A program made the position numbers and the translations under genes. Below are positions 25,151 to 40,728 of a stretch of 64,000 nt of DNA, piece by piece (the stretch's first letter is position 1; every line of letters starts with the position of its first letter). Where the stretch lies: contig NC_043023.1 of NCBI RefSeq assembly GCF_006345805.1, positions 18,414,001-18,478,000 on the forward strand, given 5' to 3'. The notes under the pieces were generated by a model. It ran no database searches. It had not been told where the DNA came from and saw only the letters and a list, made by a program, of their open reading frames with translations. This stretch comes from Octopus sinensis. Its lineage: Eukaryota.

Positions 25151-25222
25151 AATCCTACTAAACTGGGGAGATTTTGAAAGGATCCGGCTTTGAGTTCTTT
25201 TATATCATTGTTATTCAAATAT
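25151..25222 (-). CDS. LRR exon 9 (C-type), 72 nt
   Basis: ctaacag|...|gtaagt; YLNNNDIKELKAGSFQNLPSLVG(L). Confidence 0.9.
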
Positions 25223-26623
25223 CTGTTAGATTAAATTAATTTGAAAAGAAATATCATGGATTAGGTATCTGATAAAATGACACATATTATGACAAAATAA
25301 TAAGATGAGGGACAAAGAAAGTAGGTAATGATGAGAATGAATTTCATGATGATGGAGATAATGGAGTCGGTAGTAGTGATAAATATGAGGCGGGGGAACG
25401 TACTGGTAGTGGTGATGAAGATACTGTCATGCGGTTGAAGGTGGGAATAATAATATTGTTGATGATGAAGACAATAATAAGGTAGACAATGTTGATGCTT
25501 GAGAACAGAAGATGATGACGAAGATCTTGATGACGGTGGTGGCGAAAAGAAAGCGACAGGATAATGATGATGGATGGTGAGCATGGTGGTGATGATTTAG
25601 TAGAAGTATTAGATGAATAGGAAAACTTGTGACATACAAGAATAAATTGTATTTCCTCTCACACCGTCTCCGATGAAGGGATAATATTACTTAATATCCC
25701 AGAAACAGGTGTAAGACCTTCTATCTATAAATGGTCTAATATCTATACAGACTTGGTTTTTATCTCATTACGAAAAAAGATTCTTATATATAAGTATATA
25801 TATGTGTGTGTGTGTGTGTGTTTGTAGACAACAAACAGGCGTTTTAGTATAACGCTCGGGAAGTGAAAAAGTCTTTAACGTTTCGAGCCTACGCTCCTCC
25901 GCGGGAAGGAACACAGAAAGAAACGAGAGATAATAAAGAAGGAGAGAAAATAAAGAGAAAAAATAAAATTTAAAAAAATATATGTCTGTGTGTGTGTGTG
26001 TGTGTGTATGTGGAGGCGAAATGGCCAGTGGTTAGGGCAGTGGACTCGCGGTCGTAGGATCGCGGTTTCGATTCCAGACCAGGCGTTGTGAGTGTTTTTT
26101 GAGCGAAAACACCTAAAGCTCCACGCGGCTCCGGCAGGGGGTGGTGGTGATCCCTGCTGTACTCTTTCGCCACAACATTCTCTCACTCTTTCTTCTGTTG
26201 GCCTGCTCTCTTCGCCAGCGGAGTGGCATCATTTGAAGGCTAAAACAATGCGAAGCGCATTGTGACCAGCGATGTGTAGCAACATCTGATAGCCTAGTCG
26301 ATCCCGGTGATACCCATATATATACATATAAATACACACACACATATATATACACATATATACATATATATAAGGTGGGTGAGCAAAATGATAACCCTCA
26401 TGCATCACACACCCATATATACCAAATGTATACCAACACACTCTCATATTCCCTTTCAGAGACATTCAAAGATATTCACAAACAATCACGCGCTCTTACT
26501 AAGGGAGAGTAAAAATATAGGGAGAGATTAGTTGAGAGAGCAATACAAGGACGATGTGAAGAAATTAAATACTTCGGAATATATCATCAATGAAACGTTA
26601 TCACTGGGAATGTTCAAACTTAC

Positions 26624-26695
26624 ATCGCATTTAACCTAGGAAGATTCTGGAAGGCTCCTGCATGGATTTCCTTAATATCATTTTTATGCAAAACC
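26624..26695 (-). CDS. LRR exon 8 (D-type), 72 nt
   Basis: ttacag|...|gtaagt; VLHKNDIKEIHAGAFQNLPRLNA(I). Confidence 0.9.
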
Positions 26696-27574
26696 CTGTA
26701 ATATAAAATTCAGCTGAGCAAAAATTGTATGCAATACATGTGGTTAAAATTAATTAGGTGATGGTAAAAATGGATGTAGATTAAAGCGATGATGATAGCG
26801 GCGTTATTAGTGATTAATGAAAGGAAGAGGGGGAGAAGGAATATGGTGTTAGCGATGATGATGATGATGGTATTATCATAGTCATCGTGGTGGGAGAGTG
26901 AAGCTGATTCTTCTTATAATGATGTTCATTAGTATATTTATGGTGATGATGATCATGATATTGAGGCTGATCATAATGGTAGAGATGCTTTATGATGAAG
27001 AATTATGTTGATAACGAAAACAATGATGACGGTGATTATGACGGGGGCGGCGACATTATGATGATGGTGACGGTGGTGGTGATAACAACAGTACAAGTAT
27101 TAGACGAGTCAAAAAGGGCAATCAGTGTTATTCTAAAGGTAAACACAGTCCATGCTTTGCAGACTGACTTAGAAACACATTGATATTCTCGCATCGATTC
27201 ATGCATAAACAACGATAAAGAAGCACACACACGCGCACACACACACACACACACACATACACACACACACATACACACAGACCCACAAACACACACAGAG
27301 GCCCACACACAAGGTTCAAGACAGCAGAGGCAAAGGGCACTGATGAAATTTGCACCGAACATGACATCAGATTGCATATCCCACATTGTACAGTCGATGC
27401 AGCTAAAACGCGTGTAGGTCCAGTAAAAGATGGTGTTAATAACTATTAAATAACAGTAAAGATGTGAAAAAGTTACGCTCTTCTTATTAATACTAAATAT
27501 ATATGTAAATATCTATCTATCTATCTATCTATCTATCTTCTTTATTTCTCTCTCTCTCTCTCTCTGTATATATA

Positions 27575-27642
<68 letters not shown>

Positions 27643-28034
27643 GTATATATAATCATAATTGTTAAATTTTATGTTTCTAGTTCGACAATAGAGTTTATTA
27701 TAGGTAAAATTATTATGTTTAAAAATATTGTTTAAATATTTCTGTTTATATTTTAGATGTTTAATTCACCTGAAGATTGACTGTAACTCGAATTATTATG
27801 AATTGTACAGCCATGAAACGATCGTAGTGTTGCTCTTTATGATTTATTAATCTTACAATAATTTTGATATTTTAAAATAATATAAATTAATTTTATGTAT
27901 TGGCTTATGTTTTTCATTGTTTGATTTGCCTAATAGTGGTTTTATCTCTAATATAATATATATATTTATACTATAAAATTGGATTTAATCCTAAATCTGA
28001 TATTTCCCTGTAAGTTTGGATTTATTCCCTAATA

Positions 28035-28097
<63 letters not shown>

Positions 28098-29888
28098 GAA
28101 AAGAAATAATATTTGGTTCTTTTTAAGGATACAAAATGGTTTATAGGACTGCAAATGTAAGTGCTCAATTGTAAATGAGATTAAGATAAAGAAACATTGA
28201 TCATAGAACAAACATCAAATGTGAGTCGACGATTTTATATATAACACCATACCTCGATCATTTAGTCATATGTAAATATTACCATGGTCTTTGAACATAT
28301 AAAATATACATTTACATAAAAAAGTGAAGGTAAAAATATATATGCGAATAAAATAAAAAATATATATAGAACAGCCTATCAAAAGGTAAATATAAAAAAC
28401 TAAAAATTCCTAAGAATTATAAAGCGTGTCACACTACAAAAAAAACTAATAAACTAAGATGAAACAAAATATCAAACGACTAAAAATATTTTTAAATGTT
28501 CTTTTTTACTCCCTTCACAAAACGTACGTCCAAAATGTTCAATTCTTAAAACCATGGTAGGTTACAGTCCATGAGCAAGGAGAGTTCCACAAGGTCAATT
28601 CAAACAAACCTATGGCCATTTCGATTATATTAAAGTGTATAACGGCAATGTCCCTCTCTTCAGGATGAACAGGAACCAGGAAACACGCACAGAGCAAAAC
28701 TAAAATGTTCATACAACGCCACATGGCTAATTTTAAGATAAACCCGTCATTGCAGCAACATTTTCTAACACATAAAGAAACACCGAATTAGTTTATTGCT
28801 AAACATGCAGGTGGCTGTTGTTAAGAGAAATTTATACTCCCTGGTTTCAAAACACTATAAAATTAACCATTAAAATAATGGTTAATTTTATAGGGTTTTG
28901 AAACATCTACTTTTATTTCTACCAACTTTCTGAAAAGTAGACGGAAACTTATGGCTGTAAAAAGGCATCACCTCAGCAAATTTATTTAAGCCCAAAAGAC
29001 TTAGGGATGGCAAGGGATTCCCATACTCATAACTTTCACTTATTTATATTAACTCTGAAATAAGGAGCCCTCGAAATAACAGACCATTCAAGAGAATGTC
29101 TTTTAATTATTCCTCTTTAAACCGTGTATATAAGAATCAAGTGTAGTAGAATAACAGTATTTTTCGTTGGAAAACGAATTCATGTGAGCCCTATACATAG
29201 TCTTAAGATTTACAGCACTGCCTATATAAAACTTATCCAAATTAACATCCTCTTTAACAAAGCATTTATATATTGTTTAATAGAGAGGCAAAGCCAATCA
29301 AGGAGACATAATACAGTGTTTCTACAATTATACGATTTACCAAAGCCATTCCTAACTTTATTACTACAACTAACATTATTTGTCTGGCTTCCCACCTTCT
29401 TTCCTTCAGATATCCCATTACTGGGGTTCGATAAGACTGGTGGAAGCAAATGGTTTGTAGCACTAAACTTAGGCATATAAGAGCTTACCTGGCCAGTACC
29501 AGGGTTTTCCAGCAGAAGAATACTTCCTCAGCCCTTGCCCATTTAATTGCTTCTATTAAGAGACGCAATAATGGAGGCCATAGTTGGCATTACTGAGTAA
29601 GAGAATTTGATGGAAGACTTATAGCAAATGCTGCAGTATTTATGATTGTTTGGAAAATCTTCTTCAGAATCTTAAACAACAGTTTGGTCAAGGTTCTTTC
29701 TCTAAGAGAAAAATGCAGGGGCGAACCATCTTATATCCCGTATGCTAGAACGTGTGTTCTTGCTTTTATTATCTCTTCTTTTCCACTATTTCGCTTCCTG
29801 CGTCTATTCCTAACATCTTTACATATGTCACGCCCTACAATCTCGATGGACTGGATCCACCCTCTACCAGAACACATGATATCGACCC

Positions 29889-29951
<63 letters not shown>

Positions 29952-30193
29952 ATATAAATATATATGCGTGCATAAATGGTTCGTCTGATATATCACACTC
30001 ACATATATAAAAACAGATGCTCTTATTCCCTCAGACATGACATTCACAAGCAACCATACGTTCTTATTAGGGGAGAGTGAGAATATAGAGACTGAACAAG
30101 TGAGAGAGTGGGAAAGCAAGGATGTGAAGATATTAAAATATTTAGAAAGACATTGTCAATGAAATGCTAGCAACAAGTCTGATCTTTACTTAC

Positions 30194-30262
30194 AATGTTC
30201 TTAACTGGAGAGATTTTCGAAGGATCCGGCTTTGAGTTCTTTTATGTCATTATCATACATAT
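30194..30262 (-). CDS. LRR exon 7 (C-type), 69 nt as assembled
   Basis: cag/gtaagt boundaries. Approximates YLYDNDIKELKAGSFENLSSLRT(L) after restoring 3 T lost in two homopolymers. Confidence 0.65.
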
Positions 30263-31378
30263 CTGTAAGATTAAATTCATTTGAAAAGAAATATCATGAT
30301 TAGGTATCTGATAAAATGACACATATTATGACAAAATAATAAGATGAGGGACAAAGAAAGTAGGTACTGATGAGGATGATTTTCATGATGATGGTGATAA
30401 TGGAGTCGGTAGTAGTGATAAATATGAGGCGGAGGAATGTTACTGGTAGTGGTGATGAAGATACTGTCATGCGGTTGAAGGTGGGAATAATAATATTGGT
30501 TATGATGAAGACAATAATAAGTTAGACAATGTTGATGCTTGAGTACAGAAGATGATGACGAAGATCATTGATGACGGTGGTGGCGAATAAAACGCGACAG
30601 CATAATGATGATGGATGGTGAGCATGGAGGTGATGATTTAGTAGAAGTATTAGATGAAAAGGAAAACTTGTGACATAAGAATAAATTGTATTTCCTCTCA
30701 CACCGTCTCCGATAAAGGGATATTATTACTTAATATCCCAGAAACAGGTGTAAGACCTTCTATCTATAAATGCTCTAATATATAGAGCCTTGTTTTTATC
30801 TCATTACGAAACAAATTCTTATATATACGTATATATATATATATATATATTGTGTGTAATATGTGTGTATGTTTGTCGACAACAAACAGGTGTATTACTT
30901 TAACGCTCGGGAAGTGAAAAATCTTTAACGTTTCGAGTCTAGGCTCCTCCACAGAAAGGAACACAGAAAGAACAAGGATAGATAATAAAGAAGGTGAAAA
31001 AATGAAGAAAATAAAAATAAAAAATAAATGAAAGAATAAAAGAGAATATATATATATAGATAATTATAAATATATATATATATATATATATAGCAAATAT
31101 ATAAACATATTTATACATATCTATACATATATATATATATATATATATACCCATATATACATATATATAAACATGCGTAAGCAAAATGATTACCCAACAC
31201 ACTTTCATATTCCCTCTGAGGACACTTCAAAGATATTCACAAACAATCTCTTACTGAGGGAGAGTGAAAAAATAGGAGAGATTAGTTGAGAGAGCAATAC
31301 AAAGACGATGTGAAGAAATTAAATACTTCGGAATATATTCATCAATGAAATGTTATCACTGAGAGTGTTCAAACTTAC

Positions 31379-31448
31379 ATTTCTCTTAAGCTGGGAAGAT
31401 TCTGGAAGGCTCCTGCATGATTTCCTTAATATCATTTTTAGCGAAACC
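31379..31448 (-). pseudogene. LRR exon 6 (D-type), degenerate: 70 nt, acceptor reads ccg
   Basis: Donor gtaagt is intact. Sequence approximates VxxKNDIKEIHAGAFQNLPSLRE(I) with two deletions; acceptor is ttaccg instead of ttacag. Confidence 0.6.
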
Positions 31449-32862
31449 CGGTAATATAAAATTCAGCTGAGCAAAATTGTATGCAATACATGTGGTTTTA
31501 AAATTAATTAGGTGATGGTAAAAATGGATGTAGATTAAAAGCGATGATGATAGCGGCGTTGTTAGTGATATTAATGAGAGGAAGAGGGGGAGAAGGATAT
31601 GGTGTTAGCGATGATGACAATGGTATAATCATAGGCATCATGGCGAAGCCGACTCTTCTTATAATGATGTTCATTTGGTATAATTTATGGTGATGATGAT
31701 CATGATATTGAGGCTGATGATAATGGTAGAGATGCTTTATGAGTGAAGAATTATGTTGATAACGAAAACAATGATCAAGTAATCGATGTTGTTTGGTTAA
31801 TTCTTATATATAAGTATAAATAGAATAATCCAAACAGAAAGCACAAAAAAACACAACAACGCGAGGACGTACACACAATATATTATATTTAGGACGCTCA
31901 GGAAAGAAGGAAAGAAGGAGGGTTTAGCGTTTCGAGCGGAGCTCTTAATCGGAAACAAGAAAAAGGAAAAGATTTAAGGAAGGGAATAAAGGAAAAAAAT
32001 CTCCAACGGTACCCACACGAGGTCACATTTTGAAAGACCGGTAGGAAAGTGTGAAGAAAGATGTTTTCAAAGACGTGCGTTGTGTTGTGTGTGGGTTGTG
32101 TGTGTGTGTGTTGTGTGCTTGTTGTGTAGATGTAGATAACAAACAGGTGTATTACTATATCGCTCGGGAAGGAAAAATCTTAAAGTTTCGAGCCAACGCT
32201 CTTCCACAGGAGGAACACAGAAATAAACAAGGAAAGATAATAAGAAGGTGAGAAAATAAAGAAAATAAAACGAGAAAATAAAGTGAAAAAATAAAAAAAG
32301 TGCTTAATTGTAAATGAGATTAGATATAAAGAAACATTGATCATAGAACAAACATCAAATGTGAGTTAAGATTTTATATATAACACCATACCTCAATCAT
32401 TTAGTCATATGAAATTTACTAACCATGTCCTTAACTATAAATATACATAGACATAAAATCAGAGAAGGTAAAATTATATATGCGAATAAAATAATAAATA
32501 TATAGAACAGCCGATCAAAATGTAAATATAAAAACTAAAACTTCCTAAGAATTATAAAGCGTGTCACGCTACAAAAAAAATCTAATAAACTAAGATAAAA
32601 ACAAATATCAAACGACTAAAAATATTTTTAAAAGTTCTTTTTTACTCCCTTCACAAAACTACATCCAAAATGTTCAATTCTTAAAACCATGGTAGGTTAC
32701 AGTCCATGAGCAAAGAGAGTTCCACAAGGTCAATTCAAAAACCTATGGCCATTTCGATTATATTAAGTGCATAACGGCAATGTCCCTCTCTTGAGGATGA
32801 ACAGGAACCAGGAAACACGCATAGAGCAAAACTAAAAAGTTCATACAACGCCACATGGCTAA

Positions 32863-33601
32863 TCTCTCTTTATATAACGGTAGTTTGTCTGTCTGTGTGT
32901 CTTTCAGTTTGTACCCTCACCCTGACCACGGTTTTCAACTGATTCTGATGAAACCTGACACACACATAGACCAATCTCATAATTCAAAACTAACGCAGTG
33001 ACACTTCTGAAACGTTTCCCCAGGTTTGAAAAAATCGATAATTCGACATGGGGTTGAAAATCTAAGCTTTTTTATTCAACACATTTTCTGTTGTAGTTTT
33101 CGCAACTTGCAATCGAATTTCACCAAAGTCATGGTGAAGCTTAAGTGACCCTAGCAAACTTAATTCTGGCGTTAGTTTTCCGTGGCAATACCTTACCCTC
33201 AGAAAGAATCGATAAAATCATGCCATTTTGGGAAATCGCGTTTAAATTCATGATGACATATTTGACAATATCTTTCATAAATTGGCAGAATCTTTTTAAA
33301 ATTCACAGCGAGCATCATGTCTGCTCCAAGAGGTATATGCTATTTTATTCCAATAGATACTTATTACTGAAAAAATCGGTTAATTAAATCATATGTGACT
33401 ACATAGCAAACCGATTTATGTATTAAACACGAACGAGAGGCTGTCTAAGGACGCAACTCGACATTTTTATCGCTCAAAGGGACCATAGGAACGTCATATA
33501 CACATGCGCCTTCGCTCCGTAGAGGGAAAGGACTAGATTGGGATTAGTCGTTCCTACTAGGGGCTCTTACATAGCCGGGCAACGCCGGGATATGCTGTTA
33601 G
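32863..33601 (+). mobile_element. Non-autonomous Helitron
   Basis: 5' TCTCTCTTTATATAACGG; 3' hairpin ccgggcaacgccggg then ctgttag. Absent at the paralogous site near 45831. Confidence 0.8.
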
Positions 33602-33689
33602 ATTTAAGTTAAAAAACCCATCATTTCAGCAAAATTTTGTAAAACAATAAAGAAACTCGAAGTATTTTATTGCTAAAACAGGCAACTTG

Positions 33690-36600
33690 AATTTCTACAA
33701 CCAACTTGAATTCCTTTTATGGTATTCTAAAACCTTCCTTACCCTCATTCCTAAAACTAAAAAATTCTTATGGCAGTCTGACGTTGGATTTGCAGCAGCT
33801 TTTCTAGCATACATTGCATTCAACGGTCTACACAGACATATAGGCAAAATAGTTGGAGGTTCGTTTTCCCTGCGTTCGCAGGATGAGATTTGAGGCCAGC
33901 AAAAGACAGGCATGATATTCACAGACTGTACATACAAAAGGTCATTGTCATTCACCTTTTCGATCGTTACAATTCTTCCTTAGATCTCTTTGAGTTATTT
34001 ATTTGCGTTATCCTCACCCCACTCCACACCTTTGTTCGCCATCCACCTCGATCCGAAGCAAGGGTTTCTATATCTTCCGGACCATCCAAGTGACTTCATA
34101 GTAGTCTTTATCAGTCCTTAAACCTCTTTTTTTGATTTACGCCAATAGCATTCCGACTCTTCAAACTCACCATGAAACAGCTGTTTGTCGGCATGCGTTC
34201 ATGGCTTCGCCTTCGAACAATACGGCTACACCACCATCTCAATTGGTTCCTCAAAATCATAGCTTTAATCGAGGTGATGCCTGCAGATGCAAGGACATCT
34301 GTGTTTGGAATAAAATACCTCCTTTTAATTTTTAAAATGCGTTGAAGGCATTTTTGGTGGAATTGTTGTAACAGTTTAAAATGCCTTTATAACAAGTCCA
34401 AGTTTCACAGGAATACAACAGGGATGGTAAGACCAAATGATATTAAAGTCACAGCTTTGTTAATTCTTATTTTATTTCGCTGGTACCAAACGCGTTACAC
34501 CAAGCCACCAAATGCTTTTGCTGCCCTTTGAATTCGCTGCTGTATTTCTGTATCAAATTTCATCATTTTGAAAGAGCCCTCCAAGTTAGACGAACGAATC
34601 AACAGCCGCGAGTCACTTCGCGCGCTTGACAAAAAGTTTAGTGTGGTTACAAACAAGCACCACATACCGGGTGATGCATAACAACTGTTTTTTTTTTCAA
34701 GTCGATGGTCAAACCAAAATCAACACAAGCAGAGACAAATGCAGATACTAGAGACTGCAGACCTGTTTGAGAATTACTGACAAGATCGCAATCTTCAGCA
34801 TACAAAAGTTCCCTAATGAATGAAGTAAAAACCTTCGTTTTCAATTCAGTCTGGTCAGATTATAAACATTCCCTGTTGTTCGATATTTTATGTAAATACC
34901 TCCTCTCTCAGATTTTAAAAGCGATATATATTGCAACAGCATTATATATTGCAAAGAGGGTGGGTGCTAAAGGTCATTAAGTCTTTACTCCATTTTCCAA
35001 AGCAAAAGATTTCGAGGGCCTACCACTATAATTAACTCTAGCTTTTATATCTTGATGCAAGCTCTGACCATATTTACAAATTTTCAGGGCAACATTTTCT
35101 CTAAGAATTAGTCACAGAGCCTTTCGATAACAGTTTCGAATGCGTTGCTCAAATCAACAAAGCAATGGTATAGAGTAAAATTCTGTTTAATGCACTTTTC
35201 TAGTAATTGTCTACAGAAAGATACAATCATCTGTGCTCCTGGAGGAACGAAAACCACTCTCTAAGATTCAGACACTATATTTGGAACTATGAAGATATTT
35301 AAAACGCTCTAACACAGACGAAAGCGAAATCCCACGATAATTACACACAGATCCTTGGGCTCCGATTTCTTCTTCGAGGAGACTAAAATGGCATCAATCC
35401 AAGGACTGAGAAAGAGTGTATTGTGCCTACGTTTTGCTTTTTAAAAGTAATTATGAATTGACAAGACTGTCGATATTGTAGGCATTATCGGGAAAATCTA
35501 TTTTTCCACGCACTAGATAATGGTCAGTTCAGCTTTCTGCTCTACTCATGACCTGGATGCTAGAAACGTCTTTCATAACACCGTTTCCTGATAAGAATTA
35601 TTCTATGAGATGCCAGTGCTTAGATCTTAGGTACAACCAGGTGGTTTTATTATTTTATTATCTGCTTAAACAGGACTGATGGTGACAACCAGATTATTTC
35701 AGAAACAAAAACGTCAAAAAGATCTACTCCATTTTTATTGCATTATCCAATCTCACATCGACCTAACCAGGCTATGAAACATAGTCCTTTCCACCCTCTT
35801 ACATTGAAACTCCCAATATGACCGGCTTGTCAGAAATTGGTACTTTCCTCAAAATTGTGCTAGATCGTCAAAAATCTGTCTACAGTTTCATCAGAATGGG
35901 CCATTGTTGGCGTATAATACTGACAACGGTAAGAAACCTACCATTTGCCAGTTTTAATATGGCAGGACGTTTGGTCGTTCAGATATACCACTTGGAAGCT
36001 CTGCTGGAGGATACTAATGAATTCTTGAGAGCAAATCAACACAATTCTCTACGTTGACCCTTGTGTTATCGCCTCTCCAAAAGATAGTATATCCATTAAA
36101 GTAGGTTTCACTTGACCTTACCAGAGAGACCCATTTCAAAGAGCCGCAATATATCAAGAAAATATTTCTTGAGCTCACATGCAGTAAGTGCATGTACACC
36201 TTTCTGGCTTCTTGTGAAATTATCATCGAGACGTGTGCGGCACATTGCAGAAACCAAAATTCAAAGGATGTCTATTTTTGCTTTCCCTTGAAGATGTTTG
36301 ACCACAGTGGCAGGAGGCGACGGGTCCAGCTGTGATACACTGGGACACCTGCCGAGCTAGACCTGTTCCACTGACGTTCCCAATCTTTTTTGCCATTTAC
36401 TGAATCTGTTTGTGACATCTTAGAGTAAGTTACAAGTGAATTTTTAGGTTTCTGCCACCAACCAATTCAATGATTTTGCTATGGAGTAACCAGGAAGTAC
36501 CCTGTGCAGATGAATAATTTTCTGTGGGTGTAGCTTGCACTGCAATATTGGCCCAAGAAGACTTTCGCCAGTGTGATGAAAATTGACAAAACCAGGCAAC

Positions 36601-36730
36601 ACAAGACTCAGGTTTTATTTCGGAGATTTCCTTCTCCTAGGTAGATTACCAGCCAAGATTAAATAGCTTCTATAAGCCCATGACGTAAGCTATCCCATCC
36701 CAGACACCAAAGCGACACTCAGACATTCTA
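33690..36730 (-). mobile_element. RTE-clade LINE, degenerate, internally deleted
   Basis: RELLYAEDCDLVSNSQTGLQSLVSAFVSACVDFGLTIDLKK (RT, RTE/BovB-like). Paralog of 47740-51470 lacking about 0.7 kb. Confidence 0.85.
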
Positions 36731-37333
36731 TAAGTGATCAAATATCACTCTGGTGATCGACGTGGAGTAGCACATTCATAAAAAAAAGGAAGAGGTACGA
36801 TATGTGATTTGAAAATGTAAATAAGTATTACATATAAATATAAAAAAGTTAAAGATATTGCGATAAATATAAATGTATATATAAAAGTATACATATAAAT
36901 ACACATATAGAGAATAAAAAGGTATGATGTGTGAATAAACAATATTGTATAAAGAAAAGAAAAAGATAAGCAATTAAAAGATAAAATAAATAATATACAT
37001 AAAGTACAATATACATATATATATAAATATACATATTATATATATATATAAATATACATATATATAAAATATACATACATATATATATATATATATACAT
37101 ATAAAGTTATATGCACATTAAAGAATATTTGTTGGATGGCCGTTGACTGTTCAGGAGTTCATTATACATACATACATACACTTATATATAATCATCATAC
37201 ATACATACCTTAATTACATGCATACATACATACAGGCATCATACATACATAAATATATATACAACACATATATATGCATGTATGTACGTAATGTATGTAT
37301 GTATGTACAGTATGTTATGTATGTATGTATGTG

Positions 37334-37366
<33 letters not shown>

Positions 37367-37565
37367 TTGTTTGTATGCATGCACAAAATGCTTCTCTTGA
37401 TGTATCATATTCACTATATCAACAGGCCCTCGTAGTCCATCACGCAAGTTCACAAACAAATACGTGCTGCAACGGGTGTGTGTGAAATTATACGAAATGA
37501 CAAGTTGAAAGAGCGGGAAAGAGAAGAAGTGCGATGAATATATCAAGAAGACTGGTCTAACTTAC

Positions 37566-37635
37566 AAATATCTTAATTGGGAAGATTTTGGAAGGTTCCT
37601 GGTTTGATTTCGTTTATATGATTGGAATACGTTTC
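37566..37635 (-). CDS. LRR exon 5 (E-type), 70 nt as assembled
   Basis: cag/gtaagt boundaries. Reads KLYSNHINEIKPGTFQNLPNLRY(L) after restoring two single-base deletions; paralog of 52646-52717. Confidence 0.65.
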
Positions 37636-38352
37636 CTGTAACATAAATTTCAGTTGATTAGAAATTGCTTTGTAGAACAATATCGGTGATAAATGTCACG
37701 CATTGTGGATAAAGAACTGGATGATGGGAAAGGTAACTAGATTTAATGACGTTGAAGATCATGATGATGGGTATGATGGTGGCGATGTTAGTGGTAAATA
37801 TTATATGAAGAGGAGGAGGAGGGGGAGGGGGAAGAGAGGGAGAGAAGGAAGAATGTGGTGATGGTGTTGATGACGATGATGTTATGATGCTAATGATGGG
37901 TTAATTAACTTGGTTGTAATTGTAATTTTTGTGAGAGTGTTGTCGATTATGGTTCAGGATACTGATTGATGATGATGTTGATGGTGATGGCGTTATGATG
38001 ATGAAGCAAACGATGATGAACTATACGATATTGATGATTAAAATACAGATGGCAAAAGACCCTGGGGTCATTCATGATGACAAGAACGAGGACGATTAGG
38101 GTTAGGGTGAGGGTAGGTCATGGCGTCGTCGATGGTGGTTGACATAAATAGTACAAGTATTAGTTGAGAAGAAAGAAAAAAAGTAGTTGAGAGAGTAAGA
38201 AGTAAGAAGGAAAAAGGAAAAGAAGTTGAAGAAGAATGAAGAGAAAAGAAGGAACAGAAGAAGAAGAAGAAGAAGAAGAAGAAGAAGAAGAAGAAGACGA
38301 AGAAGGAGAACACATGTTAATACCGTTACATACAAGAATCTATGCACAATAT

Positions 38353-38391
<39 letters not shown>

Positions 38392-40728
38392 GAAATAGAC
38401 ACAATCTTACATAGATCTCTATATATGTATACACATGTACACATCTACGTTTGTGGGCTCGCATGGTGGGGGGCAGAAGTATGTAGAATTGGTGTGTTCA
38501 ATTGTAAATGAGATTAAGATAATAAAGATAATAATTAAGATAATAAAGGAAAGATAATAAAGAAGGTGAGAAAATAAAGAAAATAAAAAGAGAAAATAAA
38601 GTGAAAAAAATAAAAAAGTGCTTAATTGTAAATGAGATTACGATAAAGAAACATTGATCATAGAACAAACATCAATTGAGTTAACGATTTTATATATAAC
38701 ACCATACCTCAATCATTTAGTCATGAAATTACTACCATGGTCCTTAACATATAAAATATACATAGACATAAAATCAGAGAAGGTAAAATTATATATGCGA
38801 ATAAAATAAAAATATATAGAACAGCCTATCAAACAGGTAAATATAAAAAATAAAAAATTCCTAAGAATTATAAAGCGTATCATGCTACCAAAAAAAAACT
38901 AATAAACTAAGATAAAACAAAGTATCAAACGACAAAAATATTTTTAAATGTTCTTTTTAACTCCCTTCACAAAAGTACGTCCAAAAACTTCAATTCTTAA
39001 AACCATGGTAGGTTACAGTCCATGAGCAAAGAGAGTTCCACAAGGTCAATTCAAACAAACCTATGGCCATTTCGATTATATTAAAGTGCATAACGGCATG
39101 TCCCCTCTTCAGGATGAACAGGAACCAGGGAACACGCACAGAGCAAAACTTAAATGTTCATACAACGCCACATGGCTAAATTTAAGATAAACCCGTCATT
39201 GCAGCAAAATTTTCTAACACATAAAGAAACACCGAATTATTTTATTGCTAAACATGGAGGTGGCTGTTGTTAATATAAATTTATACTCGCTGGTTTCAAA
39301 ACCCTATAAATTAACCATTATTACTACATCTACTTTTATTTCTAAACTCTTTCAGAAAAGTAGACGGAAACATATGGGTGTAAAAAGGGATCACCTCAGT
39401 AACTTTATTTAAGCCCAAAAGCCTTAAGGATGGCAAGGGATTCCCTTACACATAACCTATTGAAATTAACTCTGAAATAAGGAGCCCTCGAAATAACAGA
39501 CCATTCAAGAGAATATCTTTTAGTATTCCTCTTTTAACTCTGTATATAAGAATCAAATGTAGTAGAATAACAGTATTCATCGTTGGAAAACGAATTCATG
39601 TGAGCCCTATACATAGTCTTAAGATTTACAGCACTGCCTATATAAAACTTATCCAAATTAACATCCTCTTTAACAAAGCATTTATATATTGTTTAATAGA
39701 GAGGCAAAGCCAATCAAGGAGACATAATACAGTGTTTCTACAATTATACGATTTACCAAAGCCATTCCTAACTTTATTACTACAACTGACATTATTTGTC
39801 TGGCTTCCCACCTTCTTTCCTTCAGATATCCCATACTCTGATTCGATAAGACTGGTGGGAGCAAATTGTTTGTAGCACTAAACTTAGGCATATAGAGCTT
39901 ATTGGCCAGTACCAGGGTTTTCCAGCAGAAGAATACTTCCTCAGCCCTTGCCCAATTAATTTGCTTTATTAAGAGACGCAATAATGGAGGTCATAGTTGG
40001 CGTTACTGAGTAAGAGAATTTTGATGGAAGACTTATTGCAAATGTGCAGTATTTATGATTGTTTGGGAAAATCTTCTTCAGAATCTTAAACAACAATTTG
40101 TCAAGATTCTTTCCCTAAGAGAAAAAGACAGGGGCGAACCATATTGTATCGGTATGCTAGAACGTGAGTTCTTGCTTTCATTATCTCCTCTCTTTCACTA
40201 TTTCGCTCTCTTATCTATTCCTAACATCTTTACATATGTCACCACCTTACAATCTCGATGGACTGGATCCACCCTCTACCAGAACACATGATAACGACCC
40301 ATATATATATATTTACATGCGTGCATAAAATGGTTCGTCTGATGTGTCACACTCACGTATATAAAAACAGATACTCTTATTCCCTCAGAGATGACATTCA
40401 TAAGCAATCATACGTCTTATTAGGGGAGAGAGTGAATATTGGGAGTGAACAAATGAGAGAGTGGGAAAGTAAGGATGTGAAGATATTAAAAATTTAGAAA
40501 GATATTGTCAATGAAATGCTAGCAACAAGTCTGATCTTTACTTACAAGTTCTTAAACTGGAGAGATTTTGGAGGATCCGGGTTGAGTTCTTTTATATCAT
40601 TGTTAGGGAGAGAGTGAATATTGGGAGTGAACAATGAGAGAGTGGGAAAGTAAGGATGTGAAGATATTAAAAATTAGAAAGATATTGTCAATGAAATGCT
40701 AGCAACAAGTCTGATCTATCTTACTTAC

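Larger units (their letters stand above)
17080..29000. repeat. Recent ~8.57-kb tandem segmental duplication (17080-~20400 vs 25645-~29000 nearly identical)
   Basis: Same SINE, LRR exon (18059 vs 26624, offset 8565, one codon differs), hammerheads and microsatellites in the same order. Confidence 0.9.
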
